A stretch of 63,968 nt of DNA, counting the filler, from Octopus bimaculoides (Eukaryota): the NCBI RefSeq assembly GCF_001194135.2. It is 5 parts of 4 records of this genome, joined end to end, with 100 filler letters (N's around TTAATTAATTAA, not from the genome) between each part and the next. Parts side by side here need not be neighbours in the genome. Positions count along the whole stretch, not along the records: positions 10,346 to 40,908 come from NC_069002.1; 4 more parts are not named here. The stretch is one strand, 5' to 3'. The stretch's first letter is position 1; each line of letters starts with the position of its first letter. The position numbers and the translations under genes are program-made. A model generated the notes under the pieces. It ran no database searches, had not been told where the DNA came from, and was given only the letters and a program-made list of their open reading frames with translations. Shown here piece after piece: positions 26,156 through 38,511 of this stretch.

Positions 26156-26520
26156 ATGCATATGTATATATGTATGTATTTATGTATGTATGTATGTATG
26201 TATGTATGCATGTACGTATGCATGAATGTATGTATCTGTATTTGCACACACGTACACATATATAGACATGGTACGTGGGATAGAGATAGTAAGATAATAG
26301 AGATGGCTTTCTATAGTAAAATAAGTATGAGATACTAATATCAAAGGTTAAAAAGGTAGATAATGAAGTAGAGAACGATGTATGCATACAAACATGCACA
26401 TATATATTATTGATGATATCTATCTAGCCATCTATACATACACACACACACAGAGACACATACACACACACAGACACACACACACACATATATAATATAT
26501 AATAATAATTATATATATAT

Positions 26521-27020
26521 ATATATAAATATAATCAAGATAATCATATTAGCACTAATATAAATAATACGCCTGGCCACCACACACCGGTCGACGGTCC
26601 TGTAACCTCAGTTAGAAATAGAACTAAAGATGGGACACGAACTAAAACGTGTAACTGTCGCAACCCGGATAAATGCCCGATTGCAGAATTTTGTTTGCAC
26701 AGTAACGTGGTGTATAAGTGTCTTGTAGAGATTCCTAGCATAAATAGGGTTAAGGTCTATATAGGAAGTACGGCTGATTTCAAGCGTCGCTACAATATAC
26801 ATTTTCAAACAACGCTAGCGATATACATATATGATCGCAAGTTGACCAATACACAATACATTTTATCTATCATGGCAGAGATCCCTCCCTGTCGTACAAT
26901 CACACGAGTATGTAGGCTTTGCATTAAGGAATCAAAAAATATTCTCTGTTGTTATAATTCTTCATTACTGAATAAATTTACTAATGGCATGTATTCACGT
27001 ATTCATAAACAAACGGCAAA
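26521..27020 (+). mobile_element. Penelope-like retroelement fragment: Cys linker plus GIY-YIG endonuclease
   Basis: Open frame extends upstream of ORF 26695..27081: TKTCNCRNPDKCPIAEFCLHSNVVYKCLVEIPSINRVKVYIGSTADFKRRYNIH...RVCRLCIKESKNILCCYNSSLLNK. It has the CNCR..CP..CL..VVY..YIG and CxLCxxE..LLNK motifs, with apparent internal deletions. Confidence 0.82.
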
Positions 27021-27026
27021 CGGAAC

Positions 27027-27147
27027 CGAGAGGATAAATACCACGCTTACAGAATATAATGGAGTCGATTCATTCGACTAAAAATTCTTCCATGCGGTGC
27101 TTCCGCTTCGCCGCAGTGTAATGACTGAAACAAGTAAAAGATAAAGA
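27027..27147 (+). mobile_element. SINE family C tail fragment
   Basis: ggagtcgattcattcgactaaaaattcttc.atgcggtgc..gactgaaacaagtaaaagataaaga. Confidence 0.7.
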
Positions 27148-27366
27148 ATATACAAATATATATTTATATATATATATATATATATNNNNNNNNNNNNNNN
27201 NNNNNNNNNNNNNNNNNNNNNNNNNNNNNNNNNNNNNNNNNNNNNNNNNNNNNNNNNNNNNNNNNNNNNNNNNNNNNNNNNNNNNNNNNNNNNNNNNNNN
27301 NNNNNNNNNNNNNNNNNNNNNNNNNNNNNNNNNNNNNNNNNNNNNNNNNNNNNNNNNNNNNNNNNN

Positions 27367-28579
27367 CAGGGGTTGGATAAAATAATGGGAACACCTAGCA
27401 TCATAGCATCATAATTTTGAAATATCTATAAAACCATCAAAAGGTTGTTAATTTTTAGCTTTCTTGATTCATTATTTGTGTTGCTTAATATGTTTTGCTA
27501 AAATTGCTGGTTCTTTTCAGATATCATCAGAAAAAGGTACTTAAAATGCAATAAAATGACAGATCTATTGGACTTTCAAAGAGGTCAAATTGTTGATGCT
27601 CGTATGGTAGGCGTTAGTGTAACGAAAACAGCCAAAATATTTGGTGTATCAAGAAGTACTGTCTCGAAAGTAATGACAACCTTTGAGAAAGAGAGACAAG
27701 CCTCCTCGTCGAAACAAAACTCCAGAAGAAAAAAGACTTTCAGATAGGGACCGTCAGACTCATACGCGAATTGTTAGAAAGGATCACAAAAGTACAGCTC
27801 CCAAAATTACTGCATAGGTTAATGACCACCTCGGGAACCCAGTTTCCACAAACACTGTTCACCGGGAGCTGTACAAGGCCGGATTTCATAGGAGGGCTGC
27901 AATCAGAAAACCACTACTTTGAAAAACAAACGTTGCAAAGCGTTTAGAGTGGAGTAGAAACCTACAGAATTGTTCGCTAGGGCAGTGGAAGAATCTTATT
28001 TTCTCGGACGAGTCATCCTTTACCTTATTTCCAACTACTGGCCGAGTATGTGTGTGGAGACAGCCAAAAGAAGCATTTTACCTAGACTGCCTTCTTCCAA
28101 CTGTTAAACATAGAGGAGGATCTGTGATGATCTGGGGGGCGTGCTATATCTTGGAAATCTGCCTGTCCAATGGTTTCCCTTCATGGCAGAATTAATAGTC
28201 AATCCTATTTAAGCATTTTATCTGATCAAATTCATCCTATGGCTGCGGAAATGTTTCCAGAGGAAAACGCATTCTTTCAGGATGATAATGCACCAATTTA
28301 CACAGCTAAAGTTGTTACTGAATGGCACGAGGAACATTCTAGTGAAGTTGAACATCTTATTTGTCCACCACAGTCCATTTCCTCCACCCTCCTGACTATA
28401 AGAATTGGAAACTGTTTTAGCTGAAGAATGGACAAAAATTACTTTGGAAACAATTCAAACGTTGTACGAGTCCATACCTCGTAGAATTCAAGCTGTAATT
28501 ACTGCCAAAGGCGGTCCTACCCCATATTAAAATTTTGTTTGAAATTTTAAGGTGTTACCATTATTTTGTCCAACCCCTA
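27367..28579 (+). mobile_element. Tc1/mariner DNA transposon (Tc1-like, DD34E type), near full length, decayed
   Basis: 30-bp terminal inverted repeats: caggggttggataaaataatgggaacacct (27367-27396) vs aggtgttaccattattttgtccaaccccta (28550-28579), 27/30 match. They enclose a broken transposase frame. The left end abuts an N gap, so the TA target duplication is not visible there. Confidence 0.93.
27556..28530 (+). pseudogene. Tc1-like transposase pseudogene (frameshifts, stops, third catalytic motif lost)
   Basis: MTDLLDFQRGQIVDARMVGVSVTKTAKIFGVSRSTV (paired-like HTH); later frames give KPLL, WKNLIFSDESSF (first D about 28007), TVKHRGGSVMIWG, FFQDDNAPIYTA (second D about 28281), ICPPQS then no PDLNxIE motif, ending RRIQAVITAKGGPTPY* at 28530. 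Confidence 0.92.
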
Positions 28580-29275
28580 TGTATATATACAAATACACAC
28601 ACAAATTATATATATATATGTATATATATATATATGTGTATATATATATATGTATANNNNNNNNNNNNNNNNNNNNNNNNNNNNNNNNNNNNNNNNNNNN
28701 NNNNNNNNNNNNNNNNNNNNNNNNNNNNNNNNNNNNNNNNNNNNNNNNNNNNNNNNNNNNNNNNNNNNNNNNNNNNNNNNNNNNNNNNNNNNNNNNNNNN
28801 NNNNNNNNNNNNNNNNNNNNNNNNNNNNNNNNNNNNNNNNNNNNNNNNNNNNNNNNNNNNNNNNNNNNNNNNNNNNNNNNNNNNNNNNNNNNNNNNNNNN
28901 NNNNNNNNNNNNNNNNNNNNNNNNNNNNNNNNNNNNNNNNNNNNNNNNNNNNNNNNNNNNNNNNNNNNNNNNNNNNNNNNNNNNNNNNNNNNNNNNNNNN
29001 NNNNNNNNNNNNNNNNNNNNNNNNNNNNNNNNNNNNNNNNNNNNNNNNNNNNNNNNNNNNNNNNNNNNNNNNNNNNNNNNNNNNNNNNNNNNNNNNNNNN
29101 NNNNNNNNNNNNNNNNNNNNNNNNNNNNNNNNNNNNNNNNNNNNNNNNNNNNNNNATCATTTTTTTCCTTTTTTTTTTCTCTTTTGATATTTGATTTTAT
29201 TTCTTCGTCAAATATCATATTTTCTTTGCTTTTTTTCTCTTATATTATTTATCGTTTTTGTTAACATTATTATTA

Positions 29276-29325
<50 letters not shown>

Positions 29326-29350
29326 GTGTTGCTGCTGTTGTTGTTGTTGT

Positions 29351-29382
<32 letters not shown>

Positions 29383-29569
29383 GTTGGCAATTTTAATATG
29401 TTTGTTTTTCTTTAAAATGTCGTGTGTATTTTAGAAAGTAATTCATCACGTCTTTTAAAAATTCCTTAGACAATTTTCGCTGGAATATAATGCAAATTAA
29501 AACTTCTCAACACGTGCCTTATACAAATTTACTAATGTATATCTGCCGGTATCTCGCAGCTATCATCGG

Positions 29570-30012
29570 CATCAATGTTGCTGTTGTCGTCATTAACATG
29601 ATGATCATCATCATCATCATCATCATCATCATTATCATCGTCATCGTCGTCGTCGTCATCATCATCATCATCATCATCATCACCATCATCATAACTAACG
29701 TAAACATCGTCGTCGTCGCCATTATCATTATAATCATTGTTATTTCCATCATCATCATCAAAGTCTCCATCTCCATCTTACTTATACTCCTCCTCCTCCT
29801 CATTATCATCATCATCATCATCATCATCATCGTCATCATCGTCATCATCATCATCATCGTCATCATCATCATTATCATCATCATAAACGCAATTATGATC
29901 ATCATAAACGCAATTATGATCATCATTATCATCATCATAAACGCAATTATGATCATCATAAACGCAATTATGATCATCATTATGATCATCATCATCACCA
30001 CCACCATCGTCG

Positions 30013-30081
<69 letters not shown>

Positions 30082-30180
30082 ATTACAATATCAGCATCAG
30101 CTACCGTTTCATCACTTGCAACAAAATCATCGTTACCAGTATCTTCAGCAGTAGCAGCAGCAGCAGCAGAAGTAGTAGCA
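29570..30180. repeat. Long degenerate (ATC)n array with an internal 21-bp minisatellite
   Basis: (ATC)n with atcataaacgcaattatgatc repeated four times in 29881-29980. Confidence 0.95.
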
Positions 30181-31774
30181 ACGGAGACGCTACAAAACTT
30201 AAGCTGCCATTATTATTTCGTTTACTCCTCGTTGATACTTTCGTAAATTTTTAGCATTAAAAAAATATTCTTGCATTCGTTGTTTTTATAGCAGCTGTTG
30301 AAGTTGTTGTTGCGATGCAGATGCCGAGTGCGGTGGTGGTGGTGGTGGTNNNNNNNNNNNNNNNNNNNNNNNNNNNNNNNNNNNNNNNNNNNNNNNNNNN
30401 NNNNNNNNNNNNNNNNNNNNNNNNNNNNNNNNNNNNNNNNNNNNNNNNNNNNNNNNNNNNNNNNNNNNNNNNNNNNNNNNNNNNNNNNNNNNNNNNNNNN
30501 NNNNNNNNNNNNNNNNNNNNNNNNNNNNNNNNNNNNNNNNNNNNNNNNNNNNNNNNNNNNNNNNNNNNNNNNNNNNNNNNNNNNNNNNNNNNNNNNNNNN
30601 NNNNNNNNNNNNNNNNNNNNNNNNNNNNNNNNNNNNNNNNNNNNNNNNNNNNNNNNNNNNNNNNNNNNNNNNNNNNNNNNNNNNNNNNNNNNNNNNNNNN
30701 NNNNNNNNNNNNNNNNNNNNNNNNNNNNNNNNNNNNNNNNNNNNNNNNNNNNNNNNNNNNNNNNNNNNNNNNNNNNNNNNNNNNNNNNNNNNNNNNNNNN
30801 NNNNNNNNNNNNNNNNNNNNNNNNNNNNNNNNNNNNNNNNNNNNNNNNNNNNNNNNNNNNNNNNNNNNNNNNNNNNNNNNNNNNNNNNNNNNNNNNNNNN
30901 NNNNNNNNNNNNNNNNNNNNNNNNNNNNNNNNNNNNNNNNNNNNNNNNNNNNNNNNNNNNNNNNNNNNNNNNNNNNNNNNNNNNNNNNNNNNNNNNNNNN
31001 NNNNNNNNNNNNNNNNNNNNNNNNNNNNNNNNNNNNNNNNNNNNNNNNNNNNNNNNNNNNNNNNNNNNNNNNNNNNNNNNNNNNNNNNNNNNNNNNNNNN
31101 NNNNNNNNNNNNNNNNNNNNNNNNNNNNNNNNNNNNNNNNNNNNNNNNNNNNNNATATATATATATATATATACATATATGAATATATTTATATATAAAT
31201 ATATTTATAAATACATCTATAGACATATAGAACGACCTACATGTATACGTATATGCTTGTGTGTGTGTTTGTGTGTATGTGTGTATGTGTGTGTGTCTAA
31301 ATATATTGTTAACGTTTTGTCGCCAGTGAAGCTAAGCATTCACTTGTTTGACCAATAGGATTTCTCGTAAATTTAAAATGGCTGAGTAGTCTACAGACAC
31401 GTACAAGCATATAAATATTACATCAAATACAGGCACACAGACACACACACACACACACACACACAGAAATTCCTACACACACATGCATAAACGATATGAA
31501 TATTTATAGTCACATATAACATATATCTTTACGAACGTAATTTTTTATACTTACAAGTACATATGTGTGTGTGTGTGTGTTCTTCTTCCTATTCCTACCC
31601 CTCTTATTTTTCTCTCCTCTACCCTTTGCTCCCCACTTTTCCATCTCATTACTGTTCTGCCCCTTTTCTCTTTATCTTTCCCCCATTCACCTTATACTTA
31701 TTGCCTCTCTCCGCTCCCCTGACGATCCATGTGTCATTCTTTCACTGCTTTGCTTCGTTATAACCACAACCAAA

Positions 31775-31898
31775 TGACTCTGATGAGAGTAGAATTAATT
31801 CTCTAGGTTGATCTATTTTTCTCAAACGATCAATCGATCGGTTGAGTAAACCAATCAATAACGAACCTATTGTGATTACCGGAAACAGCTCTAAGTCA
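31775..31898 (+). ncRNA. Candidate type I hammerhead ribozyme, degenerate, with 95-nt stem II insert
   Basis: tgact-CTGATGA-(95 nt)-GAAA-cagctc-TA-agtca. Stem I tgact/agtca pairs 5/5; stem III needs one c>g; stem II closure is poor. Confidence 0.4.
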
Positions 31899-32083
31899 AA
31901 TTTATTACAGTGAAAATATATGTAATGACCATTATTTATAAATCATCTTCTATATTACTCTGTAGAAAAACAGTATAACTGAAATACATCCATGGGGTTT
32001 AAACATGGTGATGTACTATAATCTCAGACCCTGCCACAAATATATGCGAAGTTCTTTACTAATCTAAACAATATTTTTTAGCC

Positions 32084-32442
32084 TGGAGGCGCAATGGCCT
32101 AGTGGTTAGGGCAGCGGACTCGCGGTCATAGGATCGCGGTTTCGATTCCCAGACCAGGCGTTGTGAGTGTTTATTGAGCGAAAACACCTAAAGCTCGACG
32201 AGACTCTGGCAGGGGATGGTGGCGAACCCTGCTGCACTCTTTCACCACAACTTTCTCTCACTCTTACTTCCTGTTTCTGTTGTGCCTGTAATTCAAAGGG
32301 TCAGCCTTGTCACACTGTGTCACGCTGAATATCCCCGAGAACTACGTTTAGGGTACATGTGTCTGTGGAGTGGTCAGCCACTTGCACGTTAATTTCAGGA
32401 GCAGGTTGTTCCGTTGATCGGATCAACTGGAACGCTTGACGT

Positions 32443-32450
<8 letters not shown>
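32084..32450 (+). mobile_element. SINE family B, near full length
   Basis: Aligns end to end with 14950-15331 and ends in caacaac then (AT)n. Confidence 0.88.
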
Positions 32451-32523
<73 letters not shown>

Positions 32524-33121
32524 GCAGTGTACATTTAAACATATATGAGTTTCTGGAAATATCAGGCAATTGAAGATTGCTGGTAGTATCTCGCTGTATA
32601 AGATCTCTGGGGGAAAGTAATGTTTAAGTTTACCAGGAATGAAATTACAAGTAAAGTTTCTGAATTATCTAAATATATAAAGCTTCCGTGCGAGTCTTGA
32701 GTCATGTTTATCGAGTGCCTGGGTATCTCTCTGAGCTTATTCGATGTATTTCGGTATTCAAGGATTCCTGAGGTTTTCAATTTCTAAGCAATAAGTTGCA
32801 GGTGTGTAAATGTTTAGCGTACACTCATTACGCACAAACAATCACACACACACACACACACACTCACACACACACACACACACACACTCACATTCACAAA
32901 CAAATATACACACATACACACGTATACGCATACACACATGGACAGAAACTCAAACACACACACGCACACATATATATGAGTATATACTCGTGTGTGTATG
33001 TACATAAGTATGTGAACGCGTATACAAATATCCTTAGATGTTTGTGCGTATAATATTCTTCTAAATGTGCGTGTGTGCGTAAATATATATGTATAAGCAC
33101 ACATACATACACACACACACG

Positions 33122-33157
<36 letters not shown>

Positions 33158-33231
33158 AAGAGAGGGAGATAGATAGATAGATAGATAGCTACATACATAC
33201 ATACACACATACATATAGATATATATACGCA

Positions 33232-33287
<56 letters not shown>

Positions 33288-34059
33288 TATATACATATAT
33301 ATGTATATATAGGGAGAGATATCGATATATATACTAATATACATATATATATATATATATTTACATATCTATATATGCATGTGGGTATATACGCGCACAT
33401 ACATACACACATACATATATACATACAATACTTACATACATATGTGTGTAGTATATTTTTTAGTTTCGATTTTTCAGATTTTTCTTCTGTTGTGTTTATA
33501 CACCTTTGTGTTCTTGCTGTCTTTCATTTCTTGTTTCTCTTCTTTTCTTCTTCCTTTTCTTTTCATCTATTTTCTTATACTTTCTCTCTTAGCGTTTTTC
33601 TTATATTCTTAGTTTTTATCTCTTCTATTTTGCTTTGTTTTGGGGAGTTTGGGGTTGTTTTTTTTTTGGCTTTCTTTTGCTTTTATCGCATCGCTGAATT
33701 GATAAAAGTTTTAAAGAGAAATGTGATAAAACTTAATTTTGAAAATTCTATTTCTATAAATATGTTAACAAACATGATTACATACTTCAGACATTGCCTG
33801 CTGTTTTATTTTCTACTCTTAACAAAATACGAACCTAACATTCCGTTAAACTTGTTCAGAAATATATTTCAGAAGCAGAACACAAAAAACTGAAACGGAA
33901 ACAAAAATACAAAGACCAGACCAAACTGAATATAAACCGTGGCGTAGATGTGGTGTGAAAGCAAGCGTATGGCCGTGTGGTTACAATGTTCGATCGGCAA
34001 CCATGTTAGACAGAAATCGTTTTGATCATGCTGCGGTTTGCCCCTTCTGCAGTAATCAT

Positions 34060-34432
34060 GTTGTTGTTGGCACTCCGTCGCTTACGACGTCGAGGATTCC
34101 AGTTGATCTGATCAACGGAACAGCCTGCTCGTGAAATTAACGTGCAACTGGCTGAGCACTCCACAGACACGTGTACCCTTAACGTAGTTCTCGGGGATAT
34201 ACAGCGTGACACAGTGTGACAAGTCTGACCCTTTCAATTACAGGCACAACAGAAAGAGGAAGTAAGAGAAAGTTGTGGTGCAGGAGTACAGCAGGGTTCG
34301 CCACCATCCCCTGCCGGAGCCCCGTGGAGCTTCAGGTGTTTTCGCTCAATAAACACTCGCGACGCCCGGTCTGGGAATCGAAACCGCGATCCTACGAGTC
34401 CGCTGCCCTAACCACTGGGCCATTGCGCCTCC
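34060..34432 (-). mobile_element. SINE family B, full length
   Basis: Reverse complement of 14950-15331, with a (CAA)n tail at 34060. Confidence 0.88.
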
Positions 34433-35173
34433 GCAGACATATACTAATATATAAATATATATATATAATATTTATATAATATATAAATACATACGCACGT
34501 ATATAATATATATTATATACGCACGTATATAATATATAAATACATACGCACGCATTTTGCATATATGTTCCGTTTGCAAAATTCATTTAGAAGGCTGTGG
34601 TCAATCGAAGGTGTACTTCTAAAGTGCCGTGCAATAATGTCGAACCCAAAACGGCTTAGTAGATAAAGGATTGTGCTGACCACACCTAATAACGCGTTTC
34701 TTTACAGGTAATCGATACCTATTTCTGGCAAATTTTTAGAATGTTCTACATGAACAGATAACTCAACCTGATTCTCCAAATTGGTTTCGATTCCTGGCAG
34801 AAATAAATCACTTTCACTATCGGTGCCAATGCCTCGAGGAATCTTAATCTAAGAGATTATACAAGAAATCCTTAAAGTCAATATCAAGATCCTAAACATC
34901 TTCTCGGGAAAAATATCGTGACTTATTTCCGTAAATCTATATTCTTTTCCAACACGACTTTCGCCTCCGGACAGATAAAGATAATGAGAGATCGAACCTC
35001 CAAATTCCAGTAAGAATCAATTTATTAACCCTCCGACGAATTAAATGTCGGTTATTATAATTGCAAGAAGAGAAAACGGCAGGAAACAGAAGAAAGAGTG
35101 TGGAGAAAAATACCATTTAAGATACTGCATGAAACTAAATTTGGGGGGGTTTATTCAGTATAAAGCATTTTAA

Positions 35174-35214
<41 letters not shown>

Positions 35215-35344
35215 TCTCTCTCACTTCCCTCTCTCTATTTATCTATCTATCTATTTATCTATTATTTATCTATTTCTGTCTCTCTATCAATCTCTCTTCC
35301 TTTCTCTTTCTCTTTCTATTTACACACACAGACACACAATGACA

Positions 35345-35680
35345 CACTTCGTGACACCTTTGGAGAGTGCTTTTTACTAGAGCCTTGGGTCGACCAAAGT
35401 CTTCTGAGTGGATTTAGTAGACGGAAATTGAAAGACGCTCGTCTTGGCTGAAACACATAAATAAATAAATATATATATATATATATCTTTATGTCTTTGT
35501 GCCTGTGTTTCTCAACCCCACCCCCACCCCCAACAGCGTTTGACATCAGATGCAGGTGTGTTCCGCAAATGAGATCGATAGAATAAGGTACCAGACTTAA
35601 GAAATATGTCCCGGCATCGATTTGTTCGATTAAAATCAGTTAAGGTGGTGCTCCAGCATGGAGATAATGAATAAAAGAAA
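35345..35680 (+). mobile_element. SINE family C, diverged
   Basis: gccttgggtcgaccaaagtcttctgagtggatttagtagacggaaattgaaagacgctcgtc, short (AT)n, then tail remnant ending ggtggtgctccagcatgg. Confidence 0.7.
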
Positions 35681-35781
35681 GGGTGTGTGTATACGCATGC
35701 GTATGTATATATTGATGCAAAGAGGAAAAAGGGAACTCAAAATAGGAGTATATGTATATTTTTATTAATGTTTACCAGAAA

Positions 35782-35885
35782 CAATAGAGTGACTCAAGGT
35801 TCGAGAGTTTCGTGCTTTGGTATTTAACAAACTAGTTTGATATGTGCCAACGCACGAAACTCTCGGACCTTGAGTCACTCTGTTG
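35782..35885. repeat. Near-perfect hairpin, 39-bp arms
   Basis: 35782-35820 vs 35847-35885 match 36/39. The spacer contains the palindrome caaactagtttg. Confidence 0.92.
35834..35880 (+). ncRNA. Candidate type I hammerhead relic in the right arm of the hairpin
   Basis: agt-TTGATAT-gtgc(caac)gcac-GAAA-ctc(tcggacctt)gag-TC-act. All three stems and spacings fit; the core has 3 changes from CTGATGA. Confidence 0.4.
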
Positions 35886-36925
35886 CGTTTCGACTTAAGA
35901 AGTGCTCGGGTCGAACCCGAGACAAAAGATAGGGATTAAGATATAAACTCAAATTACGCAATCTTATTCATACAGTTATAAATTCGACTTAAAATGCGCA
36001 TACATAAATATATATATATATANNNNNNNNNNNNNNNNNNNNNNNNNNNNNNNNNNNNNNNNNNNNNNNNNNNNNNNNNNNNNNNNNNNNNNNNNNNNNN
36101 NNNNNNNNNNNNNNNNNNNNNNNNNNNNNNNNNNNNNNNNNNNNNNNNNNNNNNNNNNNNNNNNNNNNNNNNNNNNNNNNNNNNNNNNNNNNNNNNNNNN
36201 NNNNNNNNNNNNNNNNNNNNNNNNNNNNNNNNNNNNNNNNNNNNNNNNNNNNNNNNNNNNNNNNNNNNNNNNNNNNNNNNNNNNNNNNNNNNNNNNNNNN
36301 NNNNNNNNNNNNNNNNNNNNNNNNNNNNNNNNNNNNNNNNNNNNNNNNNNNNNNNNNNNNNNNNNNNNNNNNNNNNNNNNNNNNNNNNNNNNNNNNNNNN
36401 NNNNNNNNNNNNNNNNNNNNNNNNNNNNNNNNNNNNNNNNNNNNNNNNNNNNNNNNNNNNNNNNNNNNNNNNNNNNNNNNNNNNNNNNNNNNNNNNNNNN
36501 NNNNNNNNNNNNNNNNNNNNNNNNNNNNNNNNNNNNNNNNNNNNNNNNNNNNNNNNNNNNNNNNNNNNNNNNNNNNNNNNNNNNNNNNNNNNNNNNNNNN
36601 NNNNNNNNNNNNNNNNNNNNNNNNNNNNNNNNNNNNNNNNNNNNNNNNNNNNNNNNNNNNNNNNNNNNNNNNNNNNNNNNNNNNNNNNNNNNNNNNNNNN
36701 NNNNNNNNNNNNNNNNNNNNNNNNNNNNNNNNNNNNNNNNNNNNNNNNNNNNNNNNNNNNNNNNNNNNNNNNNNNNNNNNNNNNNNNNNNNNNNNNNNNN
36801 NNNNNNNNNGGTACCCATACAGGTGATCCCCAAGAGTGCCTCCGGATTTAAACATCCCCTGGTTGCTTGGATGCTTCAGACTACCCCTGAAGGATCGAGG
36901 CAAACCTATCACTTACCTATATCTA

Positions 36926-36970
<45 letters not shown>

Positions 36971-37451
36971 GTACACACACAGAGTTTAGCATTAAGCTAA
37001 TGGCTGAATACTTTTTCACAGAGAACATATTTATTGAACCAGTCATCAAAGTGATGACTTCTGGGGCAATGACAACTCTGAAACTGAATTTTGTTCGTTG
37101 TTTATTAGAATTGAGAAGGAAAGGTACAGGCTGAGAAACGCAAGTGTTGGAAAAGTTCTTTTAAATCGTTCATTCTTGATGGAAAAGACATTTTCTTTTT
37201 TCAGTAAAAGTGACAAAGTGACTTTTTGTGTAAATGTGGCTACGGTAAAAATAGAAGACAAAGATGGTGAACCTATAATGACAATGGTAATCAGATTCAA
37301 AGTGAAACAGAAAAGGAAATAAGAAGAATATTCTATTTGAGATAGGAAATGGAAGTTGTAAAAGAGAGCAATTTATTGTGAGAGTAAGAAAAAGTTAAAG
37401 GCGGAAAAATAAATGGAGAGTATTTTTATATGAATATAGTACAGTATACAG

Positions 37452-37492
<41 letters not shown>

Positions 37493-37504
37493 GAGTAATC
37501 TCTC

Positions 37505-37536
<32 letters not shown>

Positions 37537-37684
37537 TGAGGAGGAGAAGGAGGAGGAGGAGGAGGGGGAGGAGTAGGAAGTGGAGCATGAAGAGGTGCAA
37601 GAAGAGGTGCAAGAAGAGGAGCAGCAGCAGAGTCAGAAGGGGTGGGTAGGAGTTGCTGCATGGTTCCAAACTCAGTCAGCCCAC

Positions 37685-37758
37685 TTGTACTAAAACCTCG
37701 GGCCGACCAAAGCCTTGCGAATGGATTTGTGTGTGTGTGAGTGAGGGAGAGAGAGAGG

Positions 37759-37803
<45 letters not shown>

Positions 37804-37860
37804 TGTCTGTGTTTCTCCCCCACCATAGTTTGACAACCGATTTGGTGTGTTTATGTCTCC
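37685..37860 (+). mobile_element. SINE family C internal fragment carrying an (AG)n instead of (AT)/(GT) spacer
   Basis: cctcgggccgaccaaagccttgcgaatggattt, then (GT)(AG)n, then tgtctgtgtttctcccccacc..tttgacaaccgat.tggtgtgtttatgtctcc. Confidence 0.65.
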
Positions 37861-38473
37861 TCCACCGCCGTTTGCAAAATAAGAGTATGTAGCGCAACCT
37901 CTCGTATTTAAAATACGGTTAATCTTGAATGGGAAGTTTTTGAGTTTTCTGGATTTATTTTAATAACTGCCATTTCACATTAATGAGTTTTGCCTTTCCA
38001 CGATTTATCGTACTCGCTTTTGTGCTCAGCTCAAAAGAACCGTTGAGAGCCGAGCAACGAGGCAGCCATCTTTGTGAAGTGTGTGAGAGACAAACAAAAC
38101 GATATTATGATGCTATCATTATATCAGGCTTTTTATCATGTCAACGGCATTACTTTACATTATAACCAACTCGAAGACCCACGATTCACGTTCTCCCTCT
38201 CTCTCTCTCTCTCTTTCTCTACCTTACTTTCGCTCTCTCTCTCTCTTTTTCTCTACCTTACTTTCGCTCTCTCTCTCTCTCCCTCTCTCTCGTTCTTTAC
38301 CTGCTTCTGTCTTGGCATTTCTCACGTTATATACATACACGCATGCTAACATACATTATAACATACATTATAACGTCATAAAAATTTTGTAACTTTGGAA
38401 GAATGCGAAATAGTTCGATTTTAACAGTTGAACTCAAAGTAGATAATCTATAAATATATAGCAATAAGATGTA

Positions 38474-38511
<38 letters not shown>

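Noticed and set aside
29490-30254. 254-aa poly-Ile ORF and antisense 187-aa poly-Met ORF
   Set aside because: Pure translation of an (ATC)n microsatellite, which lacks stops in these frames.
36810-36895. Possible R4/Dong ORF end (GT..I.K.LRI*) and 3' UTR
   Set aside because: Needs several frameshifts over a very short stretch at a gap edge; too weak.
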